Part shown: positions 1 to 12,391 of the stretch, one piece after another
How the letters are laid out: the number at the start of each line of letters is the position of its first letter
Numbering within the stretch: the stretch's first letter is position 1
Assembly: GCA_905178155.1 (NCBI GenBank)
Contig: CAJINV010000004.1
Location: 2,932,921 to 2,996,920, forward strand
DNA: 64,000 nt
Reading direction: 5' to 3'
Origin: Amoebophrya sp. A120
Taxonomy: Eukaryota > Protista > Dinoflagellata
The notes under the pieces: model-generated
What the model was told of the DNA's origin: nothing
Databases searched by the model: none
What the model saw: the letters and a program-made list of their open reading frames with translations, nothing else
Translations under genes and position numbers: made by a program

Positions 1-57
1 TGACTAAAATTCCAAATTCACATGCGGATCATATATACAACTTCTTCATCATTCATA

Positions 58-2464
58 GCAGAAACCGCTCGACAAACGTCGTCTTTCCGGCGTTCACCCG
101 GCCCGTCACGTAGATGTGCTTCTTGTTCTCGATTTCCATTTGCTGTTCGGGCGTTAAGAGCTGCAAACCGTTTTCTTTTTTACCGGATGACGACAATGTC
201 GTAGTACTGAAGATATCGTCCTGATGATCACTAACACCACCAGTGTTAATAGCGGTCTTTCCTGCCGACAGTTGGTACTTCTTGACACTTCTATTGCGGC
301 CCTGGTCATGCTCATGCTCATCTTCATCATTCCTCGTCCCACTTCTCTTCTCCTCTTCCTGGTCCAGTGCGTCTGCGATGTAGTACTTGAGGCGCTCTTC
401 CAGCTGGTCAAAATTCCGCTCCGTCGCGGCGGACACGAGCACGACATCGGCAGACTTCACGTTTCGCACCTGCCGTGCCATGTGCCGCACCCACAGCTTG
501 ATCCGCTGCTCGTTGGCTTTCGCGGGAAGTAAATCCAACTTGTTCAAGACGAACAAGACGGAGCAGTGGCGGTTCCGGCAGGCCACGTAGAGTTCCGGAC
601 AGAGACTCGCTTCGAAATCCAACAGGTCGACGACCTGCAGCACGACGGAGTGCGGCCGGATCTGCTGCACGATTTTGTCCACAATCTCGTTGGGGTGCTT
701 GTACAAAGCCCCCGTCTCCTCGTCGACCTTGTAAAAGGGATTTTGCAACATGGAAATTGGGGAAATCATCGCCGCAGTGGTTGTTTTCTTCCTGGCGCGT
801 TCTACTTGCGGAGGTTTCTCTTTCTTCATATTCTCGTTCAACTGTCGTGGTACATCGGAAGGGCCGCGGGCCGCACGAGTGGTGTCTGTTATGGTGCGAT
901 CTACTGCGACATCACTAGCATCATGCTGCCTCGTTTTTGATTCATTGTCATTTTCATTGCTTCTCTTGGTTTCCGCACACTCGGTGTTCTGGACCACTTC
1001 CTTTCCCTGACGACTTCCAGGCTCTTTCTCCTCATCTCCTAACAGTTCTTTATTCCCTCGGCATGTTGATGGCGTCGGCAGCGGCGGCAGGCACTTGTAC
1101 TGCTGCAGCCGCCAGCAGCGCTGACAGACCAGCAACCTGGTCACCTGGCGAAAGCGGTTCTGGTCGTTTCGCGTTACTTCGACGCCATAGGGGACGTCGT
1201 CCACGGGTAAGCCCCGCGGGTGCTTCAGAATCCGCTTCCGGCCGCCGTTGTACTGCGCGCGAATGTGCGCGTCCACGTATCCGGGCTCCGAGGGGCTGCT
1301 GGACTGAAACCTGGACCCGCATCCGAGACACCGCTTTGGCGTCGTGAGCGGCTGCTGCGACGCGAAGGACGCCGTGGCGAAGGGATGGGACGAGAAGGAA
1401 GTTGTGGAGCTTCCGGAAGTCGCAGTCAGATCCGCAGCACCCTGACACTGTCCATCTTCCGTTCGTTCATCACTTTGGTCAACAGCAGCACGACGATGCA
1501 TCGACATACTTAAATCTCTGTTTCTGATAATTTCCTCGGTCGTGCTGGCACTTGCACGAGAGGAAAAATCGCCTCCGCAAGATGTTGAAGTACTAGACGA
1601 GCTTGTGGTGCCTATCCCGTAACTTTCGCCGGTAGCAAAGTCCTCCTCGTACCGCTGGAGCTGTTCGGGATCAACAACTTCCTCATCTTCAGTGCGCTTT
1701 TTCCCTTTACTATTCCAAAGACCTCCATGGGAATCCTTGTTCCTATTTCTACGGAGAAGGTAAGGATCTTCATCTTCCGCAACGGCAATAGTTCTGCCCT
1801 GACCGCTCCGCAAATAACGGTCGTATCCGTGTTTAGGTCCTCGCACGTTGGAGGTTCTTGCATCTGCAGGAGTAGAACTAGACTCTTCGACATATGGTTG
1901 ATCGTGCTGCTGCAATGGCGGCGGATTTATCCTGCTGCTGCTGCTGCTTGCTTTTTCATATGTAAACATCGCTCTTCCATGATCTCTCCCTTCATCGTTC
2001 GAAACTCGTGATCGTCCTCCGCTACTTCCACGAGCTTCTTGTCCAGCATGTGCAGCAACATGATGTCCAGTGCTGCCGGACGAGGACCCCCCGCTATTAC
2101 GAAGAAGACCACTTGTAGCTACAGGTGTGTCCAATGCGGAGAGCGCGTCACCCTCGTGCTCACAACCGGGTTGTTGAGCGAGTGAAGAGACCGCGCGACA
2201 AGACCTGTGCACCACCAGATGGGAGGGGCTAGTTGTAGTGCAGCAAGATGGACACGAAACTGGTGCGACACGACAGGTCGAATACGACGACGAAGAGGTA
2301 GAGGAGGAGCTGCTAGAAGATGTTGAAGTAACCCCAGCCACAACTCCGTTCGACGCAATGCTGCAGCATACGGAAGATGCCCGACGACTCAGCGGAGGTC
2401 GTCCTAATGATCCAGGAAAATTTCTCGGAATCGCGGCTCCTGCTCTCATCGTTACCACGTTCAT
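58..2464 (-). CDS. YqeH/NOA1-family circularly permuted GTPase (3' part runs off the left edge)
   Basis: Zn-finger pairs CLGC and CQRC, VVDLLDF, G4 NKLDLLP, G5 LVSA, then G1 GRVNAGKT in permuted order. G2/G3 are missing, so the gene must continue after an intron near 57. Long S/T-rich N-terminus. First ATG at 2464. Confidence 0.85.
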
Positions 2465-3229
2465 CAAGAGAAAGGAAAAGAGCGCCCCTGCAGTTTACCC
2501 TGTGGCGGTACCTTTTTTATCGAAACATAGATGGCTAAGTTGATGTACCATCAAGAAGCGCGATAAATGCAGACATGGATGGTCGTACAGAATCAACTAC
2601 AACTTCTATTCGTAAACAGATTGCGCCAAATCAGAGCCACACCCAGAACAACTACAACGAAGAGACCCAGAAATAGATCCGTATTTCTCTCTCTGCGTGC
2701 CTCGGCTTCCGGTGGAGGCAGTCTCGATGGACAATTTCAAAATTCGCTTGTCCACCTGCTTACGATGATCGGCGGATAAAACGCGAAGGACCACTGAGAT
2801 GATCGCTTTCTCGAAAGGCCACGATCCACTGCTTCCAATCTGACAACTTCATTGAACGTACAAGATCGCTTCATTGCTCTTTACAAAAGAGCTGAGCAGC
2901 TGTAGATCTGAATATCTACTGCTGTTCGGCCGAAGATCACGCGGATCACAAAACAAAACGAGAGATGAAAAAAGAAAACGAATGATCGCAGCCAGGAGCT
3001 TTCCGTCTGTACTTTGGAATTTCTGTTTTCCTTTTCCACGAAAATGCTGGCGAACAGGAGAAATTTTCATTTTGTTCCAGCCGCGGTGCAGCCCGCTGGT
3101 AGGAGTAGTGTGCTATCCTTCCTTTGCTAGAGAGGAACATGTACGACCATCACACCACGGTCTCTCTGTCTTGCAGAAATTCTTGACGCTGCATCATGGA
3201 AAAGAAAAACTCAAAAGTAAACCCCCGCC

Positions 3230-4057
3230 TTACGGCATTTCCAGGTCCTTTTTCTGTACGCACATGCCCTCCACGTAGTCTGGTTCATACGGCTTGGTGC
3301 TTTCAAAAATCCGCACCCGCCCGATGCACTGCGGTACGCAGGAATTGCAGGGGAGCTGCAGCATCTGCTTCTTCTCGCCGCCACCGTGCCACACGCACAA
3401 GCACTGCCCGTCGTTGATCTCGACATTGGTTCCCGCACAGGCTAAGCTGTGTCGCTCGCACTCTGCGCAGGAGGAAACGTAGGCTTTCGTCGTGTCCAGC
3501 AGAACGCCCTGACTGATAAACGCGGTCTTGCGGACGCCGAGTAACAGCTGGTCCTTCTCTGTCACCGTGCACTGGTCGGCGACGAGAATCTCGCTTTTCG
3601 TCGCGCTGCGCGTGTTTGTCTCCGAACGCGGACAGCCGCAAGCGCGTTTCTGCCGCTGGAGGGAAGATGTGCGCAGTTTTTTGGTGGAGGTAGAGGTGGA
3701 GGATAAGCCCGAAGCAGTTTGCAGCAGGGAAAGAGGAGATTTCGATTTCTTTCCGTCTGCATCTTCTTCTAAAACATCATCGTGTTGTATTACTTCACTC
3801 GTGCTGCTGCACACTTGTCCGCAGAAGTCCGCCCCAGAATCTTTATGTGCTGGCTCCAACCGTTTCAAGAGACGACGCAAATACCCGAAGCTCTTATCGT
3901 TTTTCGATTGGTCACCAACGTCGAGAGCGGCAACGAAAGGCGTCGTGCCCGGGAGGGTGTGGGTCGTGGCGCTCCACCAGTTCCAGTTGTAGGCACAGAT
4001 GGCCAAATAAAGCCGCGGTGGAAGGACGAAAAACATTTTTCGACAAGAGAGTGTCAT
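3230..4057 (-). CDS. Hypothetical Cys-rich protein, possibly secreted
   Basis: Open frame with a hydrophobic N-terminus and a Cys-rich C-terminal ~110 aa with coding-like codon usage; no family recognised. Confidence 0.55.
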   Translation of the reverse strand: MTLSCRKMFFVLPPRLYLAICAYNWNWWSATTHTLPGTTPFVAALDVGDQSKNDKSFGYLRRLLKRLEPAHKDSGADFCGQVCSSTSEVIQHDDVLEEDADGKKSKSPLSLLQTASGLSSTSTSTKKLRTSSLQRQKRACGCPRSETNTRSATKSEILVADQCTVTEKDQLLLGVRKTAFISQGVLLDTTKAYVSSCAECERHSLACAGTNVEINDGQCLCVWHGGGEKKQMLQLPCNSCVPQCIGRVRIFESTKPYEPDYVEGMCVQKKDLEMP

Positions 4058-4742
4058 ACTCACCTTCTCCGGCCCCGACACCCCGTAAGAACGGGTCGAC
4101 TTCTGACGAGTCAGGTGTCAGGATCTCGACCTCAGAAACGCGGACCTGGTGCACATTTTGACTAGTGCGGACCGAACTCGGACGCCGAGCTGGCGCCGCG
4201 GCCGCCAGGGTGTCCACTACAGTAACTGGGACGACTACTTACAGGGGGTTTTATGAAGCCAATGGAGAGATGAAACGGTGAAAGGGGTTTCAACAGCTGA
4301 CTTTCACTTTTCTTCAGATGCGGAAGGCAAAAGTTCTTGTGCGCACTTCTTATGTTCTTGTAGAGAACACGCCACGGACAAGGCACTTGCGCAGTCTACC
4401 AATCAGCAGGTGCAGGGTAGGTAGTATTTCAGCTGCGACTGCCACGACTAGCTTACTTCCGTTTGCGGCGCTGACAACCACGACATTGAGTGCAGTTCAT
4501 GTTGAACTGATTGCAGTTGCTGTATGATCCGCATCGCCCTGCTCGCTCCAGAACCACAGACGAGTTTCTCTTGCGATTCGCGATTTTTGCAAAATCGAAA
4601 ATGTGGATCACCACGGCCACCTCAATCATCCATGTGGTTTCCGCTTCATTCCAGTTGCGTCGTCGAAAACACAGCTGGGATTTTCAGCGTTGGAACTACT
4701 AACGACCTTGACCCTCTTTCAACAGCTGATGAAGTAAGCACG

Positions 4743-7395
4743 TTACGCTGCACTCGTCGGCGTCGTGTAGTCGGCCTGCTCGTGGTCCTCTCCTCTTCCC
4801 GTCAACCCACCACCTAAAAAACCCGCACTTTTACTCCGCTGCTCACTCGCGAGCCGCTCTAGAATCTTCGACGGCGGCAAATTCGCGTCGACCCGGAGTT
4901 CCACACACAGCGTCTTCCAGAAGTTTTTCAGCTCATGTAGCCGAGCGAAGACCGTGTTCATCGCGGGCAACACCCCTTCGAGTTCCTTCACGTCAAACAG
5001 CTGCATGAAGTGCCGCACAATCTTCATGACCAAATCCTGGCTGCTCTGCAAGTCCACGTCGACCTCCGCGAAAAACTTCTTCGTTTGCAGAATTCGGTTT
5101 TCGAACTCCACCAATCCCTGCACTGCGAGCAGGATCTCGTCCCGCGTCTTCTCCGTCTGTATTTTGTCTTTGCGCATCCTCTCCAGCGCGGTCAGGGTTG
5201 CAGAAGGCATGTTGGGGTTGTTCTCGCTGGAAGATAGAGATGATTTCAGATTTTTATCGCCGGTTGTCAGTAAGTTCTTCCTGACCTTCTCTCCCCCGAT
5301 CAAACCGTCGATCGCCTCGTCAACAAGCTGGGCGTTCCGCACCAGCGACGGCCCGCCGAGAACCTTGCCGCCAGTGGACCGTCGGGTGGCCAGGGCGGCG
5401 AGAAGATCTGATAAAAATGCCGTAATATGACACCAAAAACGAAATAAAACTGCTAAATGACGTGAACGTGATTGGAATTTGGCATGCACGCATGCGCGGG
5501 AAACGAAGATGCCCAAATTTGTATTGCATAGCATGCATGATAGAGAAAATTTGTTACTTATGCATCATGATGATGGGCATGCGTTATACCTTCGAAGAAT
5601 TTGAACCAGTGTTCCAGGCTCATGGCATCGAGCTTCCACTTGCGGATTTTCTTTACCAGCATGTCTTGGTCGACGTAGTCGTTTTCCTCGTCCAGACAGT
5701 CCCCGAAATCGCGAAAGCGCGCCCGAAACGCGGCGACGCCGCTGCCCCCCGCGCCGCCGCCCGTCGAGCCGCCGGACCCGAGCCCGGCGCCCGCGTAGAT
5801 GCGGTAGATTTCCTCGGCAAACGCCCGGAGGTTGGGAAGATATCCTGTGCAAAAGTATCGCACTCGTAGTAATCCCAGTCATGCATTACAAATCTCCATC
5901 CCAAGGCAAAACAGCATGACAAATTCCATTTGCCATGCTGGGCCAACTTGTAATGCAATTACTACTAGTACGAGGACTACGATACTTTTGCAATGCATAG
6001 AAGACTTCGCTCCACCATCTTGCACATCATCTCGATCGCCTTCTCGCCCTCCTGCAGGTCGGCCAGCTTCAGCTGCATCAGCACCGCGGTACAGAACCGC
6101 CGCAGTTCGATCGGGTCCAGGTGCTCCAGCTCCGGCAGATTCTTCATTTTGCGCCGCCGGTTCAGCGAATGCAGCTTGCGGTCGGCGTCCATCATGGTTC
6201 GCGGGTCCGCCTTCTTCCACGTCTGTTTCACCTGCCCGGAGGGGTCGCGCGCTCGCTGCAGCTCGGCACCTAGGGGGAGATGCGAGGTAGATGCAGTAGA
6301 GTAGAGCTAGATTCTGCAGAACAGAATATGAACATACAAGAAGAGAAGACCGAAAGCTTTAGCTTGTGATAAGTCAGCTAGTACATGTACAACATGTTGA
6401 CTACAGCAAAACATGACTAGTACGCATGGTCGCGATGTCCCGATGCGAGGGTCGCTCGATCAATTCCTGCTCGAGCTGGTGGATAATCCGGTCCTTGGTC
6501 CGGATCTCCTCCAAAAACGTCGTGCGTTCCTCTTCCCACTGCTTCAGTCCGCGCAAATACTGCTCCCGCTCGTCCTGCAGCTGTCGGCGCAACGTAGCCA
6601 TCGTCGTATCGCGGTCCCGTTGCGGCCAATCGTCGCGGCTGGACGTTGCGGGAACGAAACCAGAGGAACATCCGGATGCCGTTTGGGTCGGAAGTTGTAC
6701 GGGGCCTTCTGTCACGTACACAGGGGCCGGGTTTGTTCGAGGAAGGGCTGATGTGTCGTAGGCGGTATACGCTGCTCCTGCGGTACGACCTTCATGGGCA
6801 TGGGTTTAAACTACACAATTTTTAGCGGCAGCCGCAACATTTATTTGGTCGAGACAGGCAATTCTTGCCACTTTTTTCGTGTCATGGAGACTGCACTGAA
6901 ATCGCTCCACCTTTTTTTGCTCTACTGTACTTGATGAACATACACATGGATGACATAAGTACCTGAAGCACCGCCGCCCCCAGATCCTAGGCCTGTTTGA
7001 AGGTAAGACCCTCCTTGTGCCATAGCTGCACTTCCCGACGACATGGTGTAACCCCTGGTCGGAGCAGCGCCGGCACTCGCAGCAGAAAGCGGCACAGCTG
7101 CCCCCGCCTCCCCACCTCCGGCCGGAAGTGCAGTGCCTGTAGCTCCTCCAGCACCCTGTGGTATTTCTTGCCCTAGAAGTTGCTGGCGCAATTCGAATTC
7201 AGGCGTGATTTGTGTGAACTCCGTGCCCCGGTGGGCGTATTCCTTGGCGTACCGAAGCCGCTGCCGCTCCAGCACCGCGGCGATTTCGGGGTCATCGCGA
7301 AACGAGGACTCATCACTCGACGAACTACTGCTGGATGGCGAAGAGCGGTCGCTTTGAGTCGGCGCGGGTTGTCGTTCTTGCGGTGCAGTAGACAT
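4743..7395 (-). CDS. CEP70-like centrosomal coiled-coil protein (multi-exon)
   Basis: C-terminal IVRHFMQLFDVKELEGVLPAMNTVFARLHEL resembles the CEP70 C-terminus. In-frame joins across GT-AG introns 6778-6962, 6270-6423 and 5408-5589 and introner 5841-5999 (VERS-LPNLRAF). Confidence 0.75.
5841..5999. mobile_element. Introner, family A (159 bp)
   Basis: tatcctgtgcaaaagtatcg...cgatacttttgcaatgcata inverted ends; direct repeat gaaga at 5836-5840 and 6000-6004; removal restores the CEP70-like frame. Confidence 0.93.
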
Positions 7396-8168
7396 GGTGC
7401 AGACAGCAGCTGCACTGGTATACTTTTCCGCGATGGAGGATTCTTTGCCGTGAAGATGTAGGTGCTTTATTTCGTTAATGTCTAAAAACACTTGCTGGAC
7501 ACATTGGAGATTCTAATGTAATAGTAAACAGACTTGGTGGATTTCCTAATCCTCAACACCCTCAGGTAGCGGAACCGCTAGACAAGGTGCAGCCCGTTAA
7601 TCCATCTCCTGCTGCCCTCCGCTTGGTTGCGCCCTGGTCGTGCCCCTCCCTCCCTCAAGGAAGCTCCATTTCTTTCACTCAGTGCCCAACCTCTCTGCTG
7701 CACCTGCAAGCATGCAAGGCCTGTTGATGGTAGTTGTACGGGAAGGTAAGGTAGTGTATCTTGTTCATCTACTGAACAGCGCTGTACATACAAGTACAAC
7801 ATGTTACAGACTTTAGCAGGTGCAGCTGGTGTGCCGGGGATTCCCTATGATCCCTCGCAGAGCCCTCGCCTCGTCAGCCGAGTGAGTATACAGCGCCAGC
7901 GGCTGCCCAGTTGTAACTAACAGGAGTAGCGCTGAGATCTGGTGTACTAGTTAGAGTTACGTAAACAAGGTTTGCTTTGGTTTATTTTCCGCCGTTTTAT
8001 AAATTCGGCGTGATTTATTGCCTTCGCTTCGTCCTTACTTCCATCAACTCTAAACACTCATCCTCATGTTAAGCAGCTTCGCCGAAGTATGAGTAGAGCG
8101 CCAGAATCGGGCGCTCTGAAAAGATAAACTGGCACATCAACGTCTCTACTCGTCCTGTTGCTACTTTG

Positions 8169-10118
8169 TCAATAGCTCAAGGAGAAGGGAAATGCGTACT
8201 TCCCTCCTGTATTCGTCAAAGAGTGCTTCACCATATGCTTGAAAATTTCCGCGTGTGCGTTCTCCACGGGTAAGCGGTAGAACCAGTCCCGCGTTTGCCT
8301 GATCAGAATTCCGTTCATGGTGATGAAGGCCTTGTGAAAACAGTCGAATTCGTCGTACGGTGCCTTGAAGTTGTAGATTTCGCGATAACGGTGATTCACA
8401 AAATACGCGTCGTGATACCCAAACGTGACGAAATCGTACCCCGCAGTGGCCATCACGCTCACCGCGTAGCTGAGGCTCATACCACGTAACGGCCAGTTGT
8501 GCATCTTATACACGACAGGAGCTGCATCATCATCGACGTCGTTTCTTGAAGATATTTCGGGTTCATCTTCGGAGTTGCTCTTCACGACTTCTTTGCTGTG
8601 GTCTACGTCGCTGTCATGATCCGCCTCTTCGTAATATGTCGACGTGAGCAAGTCATTTTGTTTTTGCGGACTAGTTTTGGTTCTTTTGCTTTTACTTTTA
8701 GAGTCCCTTTTCCCTACAATTTCATCCTCCGGCTGCAGCATTGCATCGAACAGCTTAGGGTGAAAGCGCGTCGCGAACTTGTGCGGAGGGGGAATCCCTG
8801 GGTTCACTTCCAAGAGAAAGTGTTTTGCGGAGAAGCCGTGGCGAAGCAGGGCATCCAAAAGGTCAGCGTCGTAGGAATCAATGTCGATCTTGATCAAGTC
8901 AAAGTGCAGGCCATCCAAACCAGCACTGGTACTACTTGTTGAGAGTACAGGGTTACTTGACAGGCCTTCTAAAGCAGCTGTTGTTGTCTTTGAAGCACTA
9001 ATATTCAGCACTTCTTCTTCGTGCACGATGCGCAGCGATTTGTCCTTGCTTTCTCCCGGAGCAGAGGTGGTTTGCGTTTCCTCTTCAAACAGCACCCTCG
9101 CCCCCATTTTGACTACCGGCACGACGTTGCGGGGCGTCAGGCCCACACAGAGAACTACGCTTTGCGGCGTTGTGGGGAACAGATTCCGCGCCGCGAGTTT
9201 GCACATTTCCGGGTCTTTTTCCACGTAGAGGCCACGCATTTTCTTCGGGAACTTTTTCACCACCGGGTACACGGGATCTTCGGACACTCCATCGTACGCG
9301 CCAATGTTGAGAAAAGTCCAAGTAAGCAGGCGAGACGAGGACGTAGTGGCAACGGCATCTTCGTTTTCGCTGTGGTTGTCGTCCCCTAGGTCGTGGTCCT
9401 CAACCACATCACCGGCTGACGATATTGCAGCTGCTGCCTTGGATGATTTCGCGCTCGCAGCTCCTTTATTCGCGGCTGTGTCTTTAGACGCTGACGCACC
9501 CCCGCCGCGTCCTCCTCTCCGTCTTTTCCCCGTATTCTTTTTACCACTTCTACCGCGGCCAGTGTTACCTGTCATCACTGTCGAGTTCAGAAGCAACTCA
9601 AAATGCGGTAAATACTCCGTGGTGCTGAGTCCGAGGTCGCAGTCCGTGGCCCCGACCAGGCTTCTCTGTCGGTTTTCCACCAGGTTTACCCGCCACAGGT
9701 GTTCTGCCTCGGCGTGGCTTTGGATTGCGGCTTCGACCTGATGGACATTTTCTCCGTCGTTCAGGTTGGGGAACAGCGAGAGTATCTGCTCGCCCGTCGC
9801 CGGGTCGAAAGATTGGTACTTCAGGGGGTTCACCCACCCGCGAAAGGAGCTGGCGAGTACTACACCCGGGGTTGATGTGCGGAGGAGGTCGTGGCCCGGC
9901 AGCAGGAGGAGAATGAAGATCTCCGTGAGTTGTAGATGAAACAGCGACCACCGGACGACGCTAGCAGCTATAGATCTTTTTCTTCGCATATGTGCATGAT
10001 GCATTTTTATTGAACAAGTTCGCGATGTAGTCATCATGGCGAGCTTTTCATCTATTGCTCTGCTTCTTGTGAATGTGATTATATTGCCATTGTCCTCGTT
10101 CGTCTGTTGAATAATCAT
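8169..10118 (-). CDS. FkbM-like SAM-dependent methyltransferase domain protein
   Basis: FLNIGAYDG motif I, DLIKIDIDSYD and LLEVNP; N-terminal hydrophobic segment; no intron seen. First ATG at 10118. Confidence 0.7.
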   Translation of the reverse strand: MIIQQTNEDNGNIITFTRSRAIDEKLAMMTTSRTCSIKMHHAHMRRKRSIAASVVRWSLFHLQLTEIFILLLLPGHDLLRTSTPGVVLASSFRGWVNPLKYQSFDPATGEQILSLFPNLNDGENVHQVEAAIQSHAEAEHLWRVNLVENRQRSLVGATDCDLGLSTTEYLPHFELLLNSTVMTGNTGRGRSGKKNTGKRRRGGRGGGASASKDTAANKGAASAKSSKAAAAISSAGDVVEDHDLGDDNHSENEDAVATTSSSRLLTWTFLNIGAYDGVSEDPVYPVVKKFPKKMRGLYVEKDPEMCKLAARNLFPTTPQSVVLCVGLTPRNVVPVVKMGARVLFEEETQTTSAPGESKDKSLRIVHEEEVLNISASKTTTAALEGLSSNPVLSTSSTSAGLDGLHFDLIKIDIDSYDADLLDALLRHGFSAKHFLLEVNPGIPPPHKFATRFHPKLFDAMLQPEDEIVGKRDSKSKSKRTKTSPQKQNDLLTSTYYEEADHDSDVDHSKEVVKSNSEDEPEISSRNDVDDDAAPVVYKMHNWPLRGMSLSYAVSVMATAGYDFVTFGYHDAYFVNHRYREIYNFKAPYDEFDCFHKAFITMNGILIRQTRDWFYRLPVENAHAEIFKHMVKHSLTNTGGKYAFPFSLSY

Positions 10119-12391
10119 CGCCGCCGATACGACACCTGCAGCTCCTGCGTAGTGCGGCGACTGGTTCGCGTGAAAAGATTTTTCCAGGTTACAAGGTAAT
10201 AAACTTGTTGCTCTCAACTACAAAAAAATTTTCAGGACACAACTATAGAAATAAAAACTGCAAATCGATACTGTACTACTGACTCAAAAACGACCGAAGA
10301 TGATAGCGATGACAAGATGGACACTCGCTGAATCGCTCTTCCACTTCCGGTGCTGAAGAATGAACGCTGGTGACAGCACGACCACAAGAACAACAGAAAC
10401 TCAAACCATATGTGAAGACAAGATCGAAAGCGAGGAACAACGGTGGACGCGACAGGCAGTGATCTAGATCTTCTGGAACTGCATGGAGTTCTTGGAACTC
10501 GCGATCTTCTCTACTTGGAATGGTTTTTGTTCTTTCAAGGATCGCAAGTTTTTGTTTTCTGTTTTTCTATTGACTTCTTCGAGGTTTCGTGTTCATCTTC
10601 TTGATTTCAAAACACGAATACCACAAGCCATTGCTGCATAAGCATACGTGAACACGAGAACGAGATGCTCGATCGCCTTCATGCCTTCTTCTGAGCCTTC
10701 GTCTTTTCATCGTTGTATCACAGTAGAAGAAAAAGATGCAGTTCATCACATCCATAAAAAGAAATCTGTATCTCGAGGAGAATAGCTGGCTCCATCTCAA
10801 CTCGGCGTCGTGTGGTATTTGTTTTTCATTTTCTTTTTCCCTAAATTAAAGTTCGTTGACTCGAGCAGAGGACGGGTCCGGTTTCATTGTCTTCCCTCGA
10901 AAGAGCTGCTGTGCCTACTTCTTAGCATCGGCTGCAACTACATCTGCTTGGATCAGGATCAACATCCGAAAGCGAAATCATGATAACTCGAGCTTTTATT
11001 GCGTTCGTCCATATCGTTCAATTTCTTTATTTTCATTGCTGCTCATCGTCATCTAGTTGGTTCCCGGCATGCACAGTATCATTATCTTGTGCTCTACTGT
11101 ACTCGTGCTCTCAATGAAGACACCTTTTCCATATTTCCAAAAAATCAATTCCCCTTGCTTAATTACTGAAGTTCGCCGAAAATGTTTTCATTACCACGAC
11201 CACGAGTTTGCATAGTCCCGCATGTAGTTGCTAAGCGCGCTTGCTACCGCTCTTTCGAACTGTAACTGAAGCGCCAGGAGCTATACTTCTCTGTGAAGAC
11301 TAGTAGTAGGTGGAGGCTGCGTGATGTCAGCTCAGTGTCAAGAAGCGTACCATTTATTTATACTAAATTTTCAACAACTTGATTTAGAACTTCGGTCATG
11401 TCGTGGGTTCTTTTGCTTATGTTATGATCTCCTCTTCATTCTCGTTTTGCTTGTTGTGCTTTGCAATAAAAGAGAGTTCACGACGGTACCAGCGTACCAC
11501 ACGACAACAACATGTGAAGCAGATATTAGTTTATCACAGCGCTCATCACACGGTCTGGAAGATGAAACAAGAATAAATGAAGACCGATGAGGACGACGTG
11601 CTGATGTTGAATTTTTCAAATATAGGTACTTATGTACAAATAACGTCTGCGCAGGTAGATCTAGGTCAAAACGACAAATAAGCGAAATGTGGAGAAGAAA
11701 ACGTCAAACTTTGTGATGTCTTGGTTGGAGTTCTTCCGGCTGACAGCGACGGTATGACTCGATGAGAAAACTATTTGTGATAGAAGGAAACTACCACCAG
11801 TCATCTCTACTCACCTGTCAGGGAAAATATAGAACAAACAAATAGTTCGCGATAGGAGGAAGCTGCCAATGAAACGGCGGGAAAACAAGTACAATTTACA
11901 GGGTGGGACAAAAAAGCATGTGGTGATAAAAAGAATGTCATACTCTTCATTTATCACTCGTATAAATATTTAGAAATCGTGGTAGTGCTGGATATAATCG
12001 ACTTCCGGTACGACAACTACTATTCTGCATACAGATACAAGCTGTGTGGCGATCGCCAGTTTTCAAATGTTCTTTGAGAGCTCAATATGACTCATAGTGG
12101 CTCAAGGAGGTTTATTTCGGGATAAATCACCACATAGGGGTGATTTTATTCAGCTTTCTAATGTACTAAAAAAGAAATCGTCGATCAGGGCGTCGATCGA
12201 AAAGCACGAGTCAACACGATAAGTAAATCGGAAAAACAAGGTCGAATGAAGGTCACAAGCGTGGTTTCGGTTCCTGTGCTACTGTTGGAGTTCATACAAT
12301 AAACAAAAATTCAACAATTTTTCACTATTGATTCTTCACATGATTCGTACTGTTGAGTACTTACAACCACGGCAAGATGAACTGACAGGTC

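Noticed and set aside
12095-12106. Dinoflagellate spliced-leader relic (tggctcaag)
   Set aside because: Only 9 nt match, on the non-coding strand.
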